A stretch of 64,000 bases of DNA from Gemmatimonadaceae bacterium (GCA_035638155.1 DASRAP010000433.1:4569-68568), one strand, 5' to 3'. Counted from the stretch's first letter, positions 9,562-17,830 are shown. Translations and numbers: made by a program. Notes: a model not told the origin generated them from the letters alone.

Positions 9562-9663
9562 TTTCTTTATCGATCCTTTTTCAGCGGGGCCGGCCGGTGT
9601 ACGTGCGCGGGCGACCCCGATGAATAAACGTGTTGGAGCAAACTTTTTGGTGAATTTTCGCGA

Positions 9664-11514
9664 TCAGACTTCTTGCGGCGCTTCGTCCATGTTCCAGAAG
9701 GAAATGGTCCCGGAGGGTCGCTGACGAGCAACAACCTTCTCGGGCTGTTGCGGCTGGCCGTTCGCCTTTTCAGGGGCGGCGCCGGCCATCGTTCCGGCGG
9801 CGGTCATGACCGTCGTCGTGGGGGGCGTGATCAACACACGCTCCGGGCCGCCAGGAATGGGAGCGATGGTCTCGGTGACGACCGTGCCCGAGGGGACATA
9901 CGGAGTCGACGGAACGAGCGGCACACCGGCGGGGACTCCGCCTTTGCGCTGTTCGACCACCAAGCACATGCCGTACGGCAAGCGCACCGAGTTTCCGACC
10001 ACCCAGTAGGTGTCCGGAGTGCCACCATTCATGGCGGAGACTGCGTCGATCGAGACACCACCGGCGGCGGCGATTTCGGCGAGATCATCGCCGACTTCCA
10101 CCTCGTAGGTGCACTCGGTGTACGGGCGGTAGCTGTCGCCACAGCCCGGACAGAGCGATTGGCAGTCGCTGTAGCAACCGTCTTTTCCACCGCACGATTG
10201 GCAGTTTCCAAGACGGTTCGTTTGGAGGAACGTCCGCGGATTTTGGCCGGAACCCACACTGCCCGCGGGGTCAGTTAGGGCTTGCGCTTTTCCCTGGGGG
10301 TTTGCTCCCAAGACCGCGAGGTTGGTCGTCTGGTCGCCGAGGGGCGAGTTGATCTGAGACGCTTCCCCTTGCTGGCCCGCCGAAAGCGAGGGCACCGTCG
10401 CCCAAGCCTTGAACGACGCATCGATCGCCTTCTGCACCGAGTCCTGCTCGAGTGCGTACATGCGATTCGCGAAGGACATCGGCTTCGCCGGGTCGACCTT
10501 CAGGATTGCCGGCATCAGGTACCAGTTAGCGAGCTTGAGGAGCGCGTTCGAGCCGAAGCCGAGCGCGATACCCGAAGCGAGCCACGGGATGATGCCGCGA
10601 CCGCGCGTCCAAGCTGCGAGGCCGAGGGCGACGACGCCGCCCACAACCTGCACGCCGAGGCGCGTGGCGTCCGGCCGGCGGTAGATCGCGGCAGCCGCGT
10701 CTGCGCCGTACCAGGCATTTTTGCCGTCCTTCGGCTTCATGGTCGCGACGACGCGATCCACGAAGTCGGCGACCAAGAGCCCGATCGCCACGCCGGCCGC
10801 AGCCGTGCCGTACCGAACGAGGTTTTCTCGGGTGTAGGGGCTCGCGGGATTCGAGAGAAGCCCGCCGATCCCGGGATTTTCGAGCATGGCCATTTCGCGG
10901 CGGGTCAAACCACCGGCGAATTTGCCGCTGCGCGTACGTTTGTACTTGCAGGGCGGGCAACGCCGACGCGAAGACCGGCGGCGCGAAGCCGCTCGAGTCG
11001 TCCGGCGACGCTTCCGGCCTCCACCGTGGCGGCGTTTCCGCCACCCCTTCCGGGCCGCTCGAGCATGCCGGCGGGGCTGACCCGGCCAGGCGTTCTCGAG
11101 GGTCACGGTGGTCGGATTTTCGTTCTGGGCCGCGGCGGCCGCTCGGCGCCGCTTCGGGCGTCGGCGTGCCTTTCGGCGGCGGCGGCGGTTCTCTTCGTAC
11201 CGCCCACGATTGTCCGCGACGCGGCGACGCTTGGCGTAGCGACGCTTTCGCGGATTGGCCGAGGCGCTCGCAGCGGCGCGGCGGCGACGGCCACCACGCT
11301 TCTTGCGACGAGCGGCTTGCGCCTTTCGGATGTTCTTTCGAGCAGCAGCGATCTGAGCGCGAGTTGCCATCTTGTTCTCTTCGTGGGCCTTCAGCGCGTC
11401 AGCACGACGCGGCGATTTGATGCCAGGATTTTCGAGGTAACGAGCGATTTGCGCTTTTACGCGCAAAGCGACTTTCGTCGGCTCCGCACACGCACACGCC
11501 ACGTTTCTCGCCAT
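9664..11514 (-). CDS. Polybasic + multi-TM + Cys-cluster + LysM protein (616 aa)
   Basis: The first ~215 aa are Arg/Lys-rich (RRKKRGGRRRR, RRRRRKARRRPKRRR, GGGRKRRR). Then 3-4 hydrophobic helices and CQSCGGKDGCYSDCQSLCPGCG. YEVEVGDDLAEIAAAGGVSIDAVSAMNGG..VVGNSVRLP fits the LysM pattern. Start is uncertain (11514 or ATG 11370). Confidence 0.7.
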   Translation of the reverse strand: MARNVACACAEPTKVALRVKAQIARYLENPGIKSPRRADALKAHEENKMATRAQIAAARKNIRKAQAARRKKRGGRRRRAAASASANPRKRRYAKRRRVADNRGRYEENRRRRRKARRRPKRRRAAAAAQNENPTTVTLENAWPGQPRRHARAARKGWRKRRHGGGRKRRRTTRAASRRRSSRRRCPPCKYKRTRSGKFAGGLTRREMAMLENPGIGGLLSNPASPYTRENLVRYGTAAAGVAIGLLVADFVDRVVATMKPKDGKNAWYGADAAAAIYRRPDATRLGVQVVGGVVALGLAAWTRGRGIIPWLASGIALGFGSNALLKLANWYLMPAILKVDPAKPMSFANRMYALEQDSVQKAIDASFKAWATVPSLSAGQQGEASQINSPLGDQTTNLAVLGANPQGKAQALTDPAGSVGSGQNPRTFLQTNRLGNCQSCGGKDGCYSDCQSLCPGCGDSYRPYTECTYEVEVGDDLAEIAAAGGVSIDAVSAMNGGTPDTYWVVGNSVRLPYGMCLVVEQRKGGVPAGVPLVPSTPYVPSGTVVTETIAPIPGGPERVLITPPTTTVMTAAGTMAGAAPEKANGQPQQPEKVVARQRPSGTISFWNMDEAPQEV

Positions 11515-11525
11515 GCACGAAAAGA

Positions 11526-12113
11526 TTATGGCCAGCGAAATCCGTGCTCGTCAACAATACAGCCGCGCGGAAGCGGCAAACGCCACCCCAAAGTGCGCTT
11601 GCTATAACGCACCTCAACGGGCGGATCGTATTCGTGCTCGAACGGCTTGTCGAAGCCCGGACGCCGATAGCGAATGAGACGCACGCGCGCTAAGCGCGCC
11701 CACGGTCCCTCGGGAATTTCCACCGATCCGTAAGTGAGAGGAAGTGGGCGGTCGTTCTGATCGACGAAGTACTTTTCTGCGTCATCGAGCACGTCGCCAG
11801 GTGCGTTTTTCGCACCTCCTCCGCGCGCTCGAACAATATACAAATCGCACCGGTCCAAAAGTGCGCCGGTCGTGTCGTGCACGAGCACATACCCCCGCGG
11901 GAAGGTCACGTCGGCCGCCGGCATGCGCGGTTCCCAGAAGACTTCGCGCTCTCCGTTTGGACCGGTCGCGCGCACGATGCGGCGCGCGCCGGAGTTTCGC
12001 ACGCGTTCGACGGACACGAATTGGATGTTCGTGCCGCGCACGATCATGTGGTGCGTGTAACACGCACCGGTCGTGCAATCTTCAGCTTCGACGATGCGGC
12101 CGGAGTCCGTCAT
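11526..12113 (-). CDS. Hypothetical protein (195 aa)
   Basis: MTDSGRIVEAEDCTTGAC.. with protein-like composition. TAATG coupling to the upstream stop. No motif recognised. Confidence 0.7.
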   Translation of the reverse strand: MTDSGRIVEAEDCTTGACYTHHMIVRGTNIQFVSVERVRNSGARRIVRATGPNGEREVFWEPRMPAADVTFPRGYVLVHDTTGALLDRCDLYIVRARGGGAKNAPGDVLDDAEKYFVDQNDRPLPLTYGSVEIPEGPWARLARVRLIRYRRPGFDKPFEHEYDPPVEVRYSKRTLGWRLPLPRGCIVDEHGFRWP

Positions 12114-12979
12114 TAGGCCGCTCGCGCCAATTGACGACTCGGCGGAAGCGCGCGCGAGCTCGAGCGCGCACCCGCAGGCGGCACCAAGCGCACGAGTGCG
12201 TAAAGCACACCGAGACCGAGCGCGACCAGCGCGACGGTCTTAATCGTGTTCGTGATGTCGGTAGTGGGCTGACTGCCGGCTTTGATTTGCTCGACCTTCT
12301 GCGCGCGCACCGCAGCGGCGCCGGTGTAGATCGATTGATTGAGCTTCGCGGCTTGGTCGGGCGTGCATTTTCCGGTCGTCACGCACTCGTAGGATTTTTC
12401 CGCGATCGTGCGCATCGTCTTTTGCTCGGCGACGTCAGTGATGTTGTTGACCGCTTTCTCGACCGCCCAGTACGCGGGCAGAGCGAGCACCGTGACGCCC
12501 AAGGTGGTAGCCCACACGATCGCGGGCACTCCGACTTGCCCTTGCACGTGCGTTTGCTCACCCGCGGGATTCACGATGATCGGCACGTCGCCATTGAGCG
12601 CCAAGCGCACGACGTCCGATGAGAGCCCCTCGATTTCGAATTGATTCTTTTCCGTGTTCCAAGCGACTTTGCGCTTTCCGGCGATCGCGTCGTTTAGGGC
12701 GTCGGTGATGATCTTCACCATCGCCATCGCGTCGACTGCGTTCTGATCGAGATCCGAAGACCACGCCGACGCGCTCGACATGCCCGGGACGGCGCCACCC
12801 TCCGGGCCGGCGCCGTCGACCAGGAACGGCAGGCCGAGATTCTGCCGGACCGTCTTTAGCCCGGTGTAGGCGGCGACAGCTCGCGTCCACGAGCCTTGCA
12901 GGTTGTCGCGGAGCGCCGTGAGGTACGCTTCCCAGGCTTTTTCGTCGGCCGGCTGGCCCAGCCATCGCAGCTTTTTCAT
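12113..12979 (-). CDS. Membrane protein (288 aa, two TM helices)
   Basis: Start moved to ATG 12979 (MKKLRWLGQP tag). TM helices VPAIVWATTLGVTVLALPAYW and IKTVALVALGLGVLYALV. Confidence 0.65.
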   Translation of the reverse strand: MKKLRWLGQPADEKAWEAYLTALRDNLQGSWTRAVAAYTGLKTVRQNLGLPFLVDGAGPEGGAVPGMSSASAWSSDLDQNAVDAMAMVKIITDALNDAIAGKRKVAWNTEKNQFEIEGLSSDVVRLALNGDVPIIVNPAGEQTHVQGQVGVPAIVWATTLGVTVLALPAYWAVEKAVNNITDVAEQKTMRTIAEKSYECVTTGKCTPDQAAKLNQSIYTGAAAVRAQKVEQIKAGSQPTTDITNTIKTVALVALGLGVLYALVRLVPPAGARSSSRALPPSRQLARAA

Positions 12980-13137
12980 TTGTTGAGTCTCGCTCGGTAG
13001 ATGTTGATTGCCAGGGAAGTCGCTGAAATCAGCAGGCCCACGATCGCAAACCACTCGATCCGCGAGAGCCTATGGCCGTCGCCCGGGATTTCCTCGGGAG
13101 CGGCGGAAACCTGACCGGACCAGCGCAAAATGGCCAT
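12976..13137 (-). CDS. Small TM protein (53 aa), not in ORF track
   Basis: MAILRWSGQVSAAPEEIPGDGHRLSRIEWFAIVGLLISATSLAINIYRARLNK has the N-tag plus one TM. High GC3. The stop overlaps the next start (ATGA). Confidence 0.5.
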   Translation of the reverse strand: MAILRWSGQVSAAPEEIPGDGHRLSRIEWFAIVGLLISATSLAINIYRARLNK

Positions 13138-13147
13138 CGCTCGCCCT

Positions 13148-14140
13148 CTAGAGTAGCGCCCAAATCACGAGCGCGACAATGCCGGCGCCGATCGCCAAGG
13201 GCGCGATGCTCGATCCGCCGCCTCCGCCGCCGCTCCCGGCGGCGGCGACATTCTTGAAGTCGATCTGCGATTTCAGCTTTTCGATGAGCGGCTCCATCGA
13301 TTTGCTCGGGAGCTCCGTCAAGCACTGCGGATCTTCACCGTGCATGTTGCTCGGCGTCTTCGGGTCGAAGACGTTGAAGAACCCCGCTGGGCAGTCGCCC
13401 TTACTCTGAAACCAGCTCGAGGCATTCTCCATGCGCCCGACCGCGAACCAATCGATCGGCTCGCCGGGCTTGGCGATGGGGCCGAAGTTACCGTTGAAGT
13501 AGGTCAGCCAAACGTAGTCCTTGCAGGTCAGCTTTTCGTTGACGATGCCGAGCTTCTTGGCCACCGCGCACTCGTCGAGCGCCGTCTTCGTCAACTCGAA
13601 CTTCTCATACGCTTGCGCCGCCGCGTAGCGCTCGGCGCTCGGCGCAAACTTCGAGAACACCGGCGCCGGTGGCAAGCCCGCTTCAGTCAGCGCCACGTCG
13701 GAAGCGCCTTGGCTGATGGCCAGATCGCGGAGCGTCAAATACGACTTGACGGCAAGGATGCCCTTGGCCGCGCGCTTGGCACGCGGGGCGGTGAAGTCGT
13801 TCCAGGTTTCCGAAACCAAGTCCTCCATGGTCGATCCCTTGGCCACAGGGATCGATTTTCCGATGAAGCCGCCGATGATGCCGCCCAAGATCGCGCAGCC
13901 GCCCGCGACTGGAGCAGTCACTACGAAGGCCGAGCACGCCGCAGCGCCACCAATTGCGCCGCCCACCTCGCCGTAGGCTTTCAGATCCGCCGAGCTCGTG
14001 CCGCCCTTCCGCTCGATGATCTCTCTCGTGAGCGGATTGGTTGCCTTGTCCATTCCGGAATACGCGCCGAGGCCGACGGGCCGCCTCGAGCTCGGCGAAA
14101 GCACGAGCGGGACAGACGCATTCCAGATAAGGGCGGACAT
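13148..14140 (-). CDS. Membrane protein with Gly-rich hydrophobic segment and C-terminal anchor (330 aa)
   Basis: MSALIWNASV tag. GGAIGGAAACSAFVVTAPVAGGCAILGGIIGGFIG segment. C-terminal GGGGGGSSIAPLAIGAGIVALVIWALL. Confidence 0.7.
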   Translation of the reverse strand: MSALIWNASVPLVLSPSSRRPVGLGAYSGMDKATNPLTREIIERKGGTSSADLKAYGEVGGAIGGAAACSAFVVTAPVAGGCAILGGIIGGFIGKSIPVAKGSTMEDLVSETWNDFTAPRAKRAAKGILAVKSYLTLRDLAISQGASDVALTEAGLPPAPVFSKFAPSAERYAAAQAYEKFELTKTALDECAVAKKLGIVNEKLTCKDYVWLTYFNGNFGPIAKPGEPIDWFAVGRMENASSWFQSKGDCPAGFFNVFDPKTPSNMHGEDPQCLTELPSKSMEPLIEKLKSQIDFKNVAAAGSGGGGGGSSIAPLAIGAGIVALVIWALL

Positions 14141-14159
14141 CGCCTCACCAGTTTAAGAG

Positions 14160-14906
14160 CTAGCCGGGACAGCGAGCAAGCGTGAGCGCTCTTTCGAGCG
14201 TCCGATCACCCGGCTTCCACACGACGCGAGCTCGGAGGCCGCGCAAGCCGTCAACGCCAATGAAAACGCCCTTGTCGACGAAGTTTAGCCGGTCGGGATC
14301 GAAGGACCTTCCGCCGCCCGCGCCGATGCACACTTCGTCGTCGCAAATCACCTTCACGTTTGGGACGGAGAGGATCCGCTCGTAGGTGAAGGGGACGCAT
14401 TTGCCGAGCTGGTAGTCGGTCGACGGATCGCCGTAGTGCCAGCGGCCGTCCAAGTGCGCGGCGCACAGCACGTGCTCGATGTTGTGCTCGTCGTCGTACG
14501 CATGGCCCACCACCAAGGTGTGGATCCCGACGGACATCCAAGCCGCGCCGAGGAGCGTCGCGACGCCGTCGCAATCGTCGCCACGAATGCAAACCTTGTT
14601 GGGGTTGGTCTTCGGATCGCACGCGAGCAAGGTCGCCGCCGGCATGTATTCGGCCCCGATTGGGTCGGGCACCCATAATTTCTTCTGGACGGCGGAAAGG
14701 AGAATGCGCGCGCGGTCGTTCGGGGTCTTGGCGCTCGAGAGGCCGCGTTCGCGGGCCACGTCGAGCATTTCGATCGCCCAAGTGCGCACGCCCGGATCGA
14801 TCGCGCCCTTCGAGACGCGCTTGGCCACTTCGTCGAGCGAGCTATTGACGCCCGCTTTGCCGAATGGGTGCTCGCGTTCGGTTACAGCAGTCCAAGGGGC
14901 GGGCAT
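14160..14906 (-). CDS. Transglutaminase-core / papain-like cysteine protease candidate
   Basis: GDDCDGVATLLGAAWMSVGIHTLVVGHAY..EHVLCAAHLDGRWHYGDPS fits the Cys-His-Asp transglutaminase-like core. Confidence 0.6.
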   Translation of the reverse strand: MPAPWTAVTEREHPFGKAGVNSSLDEVAKRVSKGAIDPGVRTWAIEMLDVARERGLSSAKTPNDRARILLSAVQKKLWVPDPIGAEYMPAATLLACDPKTNPNKVCIRGDDCDGVATLLGAAWMSVGIHTLVVGHAYDDEHNIEHVLCAAHLDGRWHYGDPSTDYQLGKCVPFTYERILSVPNVKVICDDEVCIGAGGGRSFDPDRLNFVDKGVFIGVDGLRGLRARVVWKPGDRTLERALTLARCPG

Positions 14907-14923
14907 CGATTCAGTGTAACCCG

Positions 14924-15238
14924 CTACTTGACGGGCGTCAGCAACGCGCGCGGAAGCGACCAGCCGCGGGTCAATCGGTCATGGACGGTCGACTTCTTGA
15001 ACCCGAACGCGCGAGCCTTGGCGGCGACGCTGCCGCATTTCTCCCACGGCTTGAAACGCCGGAAGCCGAGCTTCAGCGCTCGGCGACGCCGAGCTCGACA
15101 GTCTTTACACTCGCCGCGCCGGCCATCAGCGCAACGGCCATCGCGCTGGAATTCATCGATCGGGAGCCACAGGCGACAGCGCGGATTGTTGCACCGCTTC
15201 AGACGTCCAGACCGCGGCTCGACGCGCGGGATCTCCAT
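14924..15238 (-). CDS. Zinc-ribbon + HTH-like DNA-binding protein (104 aa)
   Basis: RCNNPRCRLWLPIDEF..GECKDCRARRR ribbon, the same type as the N-terminus of HNH 22451..22882. This is followed by KSTVHDRLTRGWSLPRAL. Confidence 0.55.
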   Translation of the reverse strand: MEIPRVEPRSGRLKRCNNPRCRLWLPIDEFQRDGRCADGRRGECKDCRARRRRALKLGFRRFKPWEKCGSVAAKARAFGFKKSTVHDRLTRGWSLPRALLTPVK

Positions 15239-15489
15239 CAGCCGGTTTTGCCGCTGGCCACGCTCGAGGCCGCCTCGGCGAGCTCCCGCGTGACGCCTTC
15301 CACGAATGACACACGCCCCGGATCTTCCTCACCGGGCACCTCGGCGTTGATCGCTCGCACGGCTTCGACGAGCTGCGCGGCGTGCTCGGGGCGCATCATG
15401 ATCGCGACTTGCATCTGCACGAAGCGCCCGGCGGCGGCGGGTTCGCAAGCGACGCGGATGGTGACGTCCTTGGTCTGGTAGGTGTTCAA
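15238..15489 (-). CDS. Possible small protein (83 aa, TTG start)
   Basis: C-terminal part of track ORF 15238..15900 (..VTIRVACEPAAAGRFVQMQVAIMMRPEHAAQLVEAVRAINAEV..). TTGA overlap with the upstream stop and an AGGAA leader. The stop is coupled (TGATG) to 14924..15238. Confidence 0.35.
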   Translation of the reverse strand: MNTYQTKDVTIRVACEPAAAGRFVQMQVAIMMRPEHAAQLVEAVRAINAEVPGEEDPGRVSFVEGVTRELAEAASSVASGKTG

Positions 15490-15926
15490 TGGAGATTCCT
15501 TTCGGGGTGGGCGAAGTCTATGTGTGCTGCGCACGCGGCGGAGCACACCGCTTCGTGGTCTTCGTTGACGTACCAGTCGTGCTGGAAGGACACCCATTTG
15601 TGATCTCCGAGCACGACCACTTCGGATTTCTCGCCGCAACAGGCGCAGGTCACCGGCATCAGGACGATGCCCTTTTCGCGCGCGCGCTTCTTCCAGTAGT
15701 TCAGGAGAGGTTGGGCGAGGAGACCGTGCAGCGGCCAGATCATCAACTGCACGAGCAGGCCGACCATCGACCACAAGAGCACCCAGGCGCGCGCGGTCGG
15801 CCAGCGGCGCATCTGATTTTTCACCACGCTCTTTACGCCGCGGCCCACGTCGGGATTGACGAGAAAAAGGAGCGCCTGGCCCGCAATCCCGCCCAGCCAC
15901 AACCAGAAAAGCAACGACACGATCAC
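15486..15926 (-). CDS. Membrane protein with C-terminal Cys/His cluster (146 aa)
   Basis: Three hydrophobic helices, then VTCACCGEKSE..HEAVCSAACAAH. ATGA overlap with 15923..17818. Confidence 0.65.
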   Translation of the reverse strand: MIVSLLFWLWLGGIAGQALLFLVNPDVGRGVKSVVKNQMRRWPTARAWVLLWSMVGLLVQLMIWPLHGLLAQPLLNYWKKRAREKGIVLMPVTCACCGEKSEVVVLGDHKWVSFQHDWYVNEDHEAVCSAACAAHIDFAHPERNLH

Positions 15927-17818
15927 GCTCCGTCGGAAGGAGTGACCGGAGCGATGAAGTCGGGCGGAGGCGGAAGCGGCTCGGCCTTCTCGGGCTCGGG
16001 TGCAGGCGGCGGTGGCGGAGGCGGCGCCACGGGCGCGCTCACCATGACGTGGCCGGGCGGCGGCGTGTATTGCGTCTGCGTGTATTGCGACGCCGGCACG
16101 AACGGAGGAGCGGGTGGAGGGGGAGGCGGCGGAGGTTGCGCCACGAACGGTGCCGGCGGCGGTGGCGGTGGCGTCACGAGCGGCGTCGCGGTGCCCATGC
16201 GCGCAGCTTCCGCTTTGATGACTTCGGATCGCGCGATGCGCTCTTGAGCCGTCGCCACGCGCTCGAGCACTTCGGCGCTCTTGATCTGCGCTTCGGCCTT
16301 CAGCTTCGCGGCTTCGGCTTCGCGCGTGATGATGTCCATCTGATCTTTCTTCCGCTTGTCCATCATTTCGACGAATTCCTTGACCGCGGCTTTGCCGAGG
16401 TCTTGGAACTTGTCGAAGTTCGAGGCGACGAAGGGACCGAAGCCCGTCACCATTTCGCCGTCGATCGCCGTTACGCGAAACGGCCCGACGTCGCGGACCT
16501 TGAGCGGGAAGTCATCGTCGGCGGCGGGATTTTCCCGGTGTTCCGGGGTTTCACTCTTTTCAGGGGCGAGCGCCTCGCGCGTCTTGCCCATGAGGTTCGA
16601 GAGCTCGAGCACCGATTGCACCGATTGTCGGGCCGCTTCCATCGGCGTCAGTTGCACCGGAGGCGGCGCCGGTTTTTCCACTGGCGCCGAGGCGGGCTGC
16701 TGGAGAGGGGACCAGGCCGAGCCGTTCCAGACGATCCATTGGCCGTTCCAGAATATCGGCTGACCAGGGGCGGGGCCGGCTTGCTGTTGCTGTTGGGGTT
16801 GCTCGCGGCGGGCGGCGGAGAGCTCGGCGACCAGGCGGTCGTTCATGGTGATGAGGGCGGCGATCGCGGCGTCGTTGGTCGGCGCCGCGGCCGGCGGCGG
16901 GGGAGGCGGCGGCTGGTGCTGCTGGTACTGCGGGCCGGCTACGCCGCTCGGTGGAGGCGGATACTGCGGACCAGGCGCGCCTTGGGGATACGCTGGCGGC
17001 GCACCATGCGCGGGCGGGTAGCCCGGAGGCGGATACGGCGCGGGAGCGGATTGAGGAGGAACGGCCCCCGGGGGATATCCATAACGCGGATCGTACGCTT
17101 GCTGCGGAGGGTAGCCAGCGGGCGGGTAACCCTGCGGCGGATAGCCGCCTTGGGGCGGGTAGCCTTGCTGCGGCGGATAGCCGGGAGGAGCGCCGTAGCC
17201 GCCTTGCGGCGGGTAGCCTTGTTGCGGCGGGTAGCCGGGCGGGGGGTAGCCGTTTCCTCGCTGACTCATTTCTCGGTCCTCTTCCTGCCAACGCGGATCG
17301 TCGAGCATGTAGATCATGCCCGTTGCCCAACATGGCTCCGTCGAATCTCCGATGGTCCACTTGCAAGTGCACTTCTTGCCCTGCGTGTATTCCGCTACAA
17401 ATCGCTGGAGGTCCCGCCACTCACGCAGCGATTCCACCGGCACCACGGGCAAGTGCGCGCGCGTCGGCTCCGTCATCATGATCGTGACGGACGAATTTGG
17501 ATGGAGCATCACCGCTTGCTGGTAGCGGAGCGGGAAGTCGGCGTTTAGCTTGACGTTGCGATCGCCACGATGCTTCTGCGCGACCTGGCCGCGATACTGC
17601 TGAGATATGACGGCGGCGGTGCGATCGAGCGGAATATTGAGCGCGTCTTCGGGCGAGACTTCGACTTCGTCTCCGATCGGCATGCTGTGAGCGTCAACCG
17701 GGAAGCCGTTGACGACCGCCTTTGCCGAGTCTTGGAGATCCGGCGGCGGGGCGGGCGGGTGACGCACGCGCGCGTCGCCGTTGGTTCCGTTTTCGAGACG
17801 TTTTCGACGACTTGCCAT
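15923..17818 (-). CDS. Pro/Tyr/Gln/Gly-rich low-complexity late protein (631 aa)
   Basis: Globular N-terminal ~185 aa, GYPPQQ/GYPPQGG repeats, a Lys/Glu/Ala helical segment, and two poly-Pro tracts near the C-terminus. Confidence 0.7.
   Translation of the reverse strand: MASRRKRLENGTNGDARVRHPPAPPPDLQDSAKAVVNGFPVDAHSMPIGDEVEVSPEDALNIPLDRTAAVISQQYRGQVAQKHRGDRNVKLNADFPLRYQQAVMLHPNSSVTIMMTEPTRAHLPVVPVESLREWRDLQRFVAEYTQGKKCTCKWTIGDSTEPCWATGMIYMLDDPRWQEEDREMSQRGNGYPPPGYPPQQGYPPQGGYGAPPGYPPQQGYPPQGGYPPQGYPPAGYPPQQAYDPRYGYPPGAVPPQSAPAPYPPPGYPPAHGAPPAYPQGAPGPQYPPPPSGVAGPQYQQHQPPPPPPPAAAPTNDAAIAALITMNDRLVAELSAARREQPQQQQQAGPAPGQPIFWNGQWIVWNGSAWSPLQQPASAPVEKPAPPPVQLTPMEAARQSVQSVLELSNLMGKTREALAPEKSETPEHRENPAADDDFPLKVRDVGPFRVTAIDGEMVTGFGPFVASNFDKFQDLGKAAVKEFVEMMDKRKKDQMDIITREAEAAKLKAEAQIKSAEVLERVATAQERIARSEVIKAEAARMGTATPLVTPPPPPPAPFVAQPPPPPPPPAPPFVPASQYTQTQYTPPPGHVMVSAPVAPPPPPPPAPEPEKAEPLPPPPDFIAPVTPSDGA
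16918..17254 (-). repeat. In-frame GYPPQQ / GYPPQGG degenerate tandem repeats
   Basis: aa ~189-300 of 15923..17818: GYPPPGYPPQQGYPPQGGYGAPPGYPPQQGYPPQGGYPPQGYPPAGYPPQQ... Confidence 0.8.
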
Positions 17819-17830
17819 TTTGGTGCGCTA

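Noticed and set aside
9562-9663. Sigma70-type promoter (-35/-10) in the AT-richer gap upstream of the capsid candidate
   Set aside because: I could not find hexamers with acceptable spacing (TTTGCT and TATTCA are only about 9 nt apart). The promoter type of the host is unknown, so no promoter is called.
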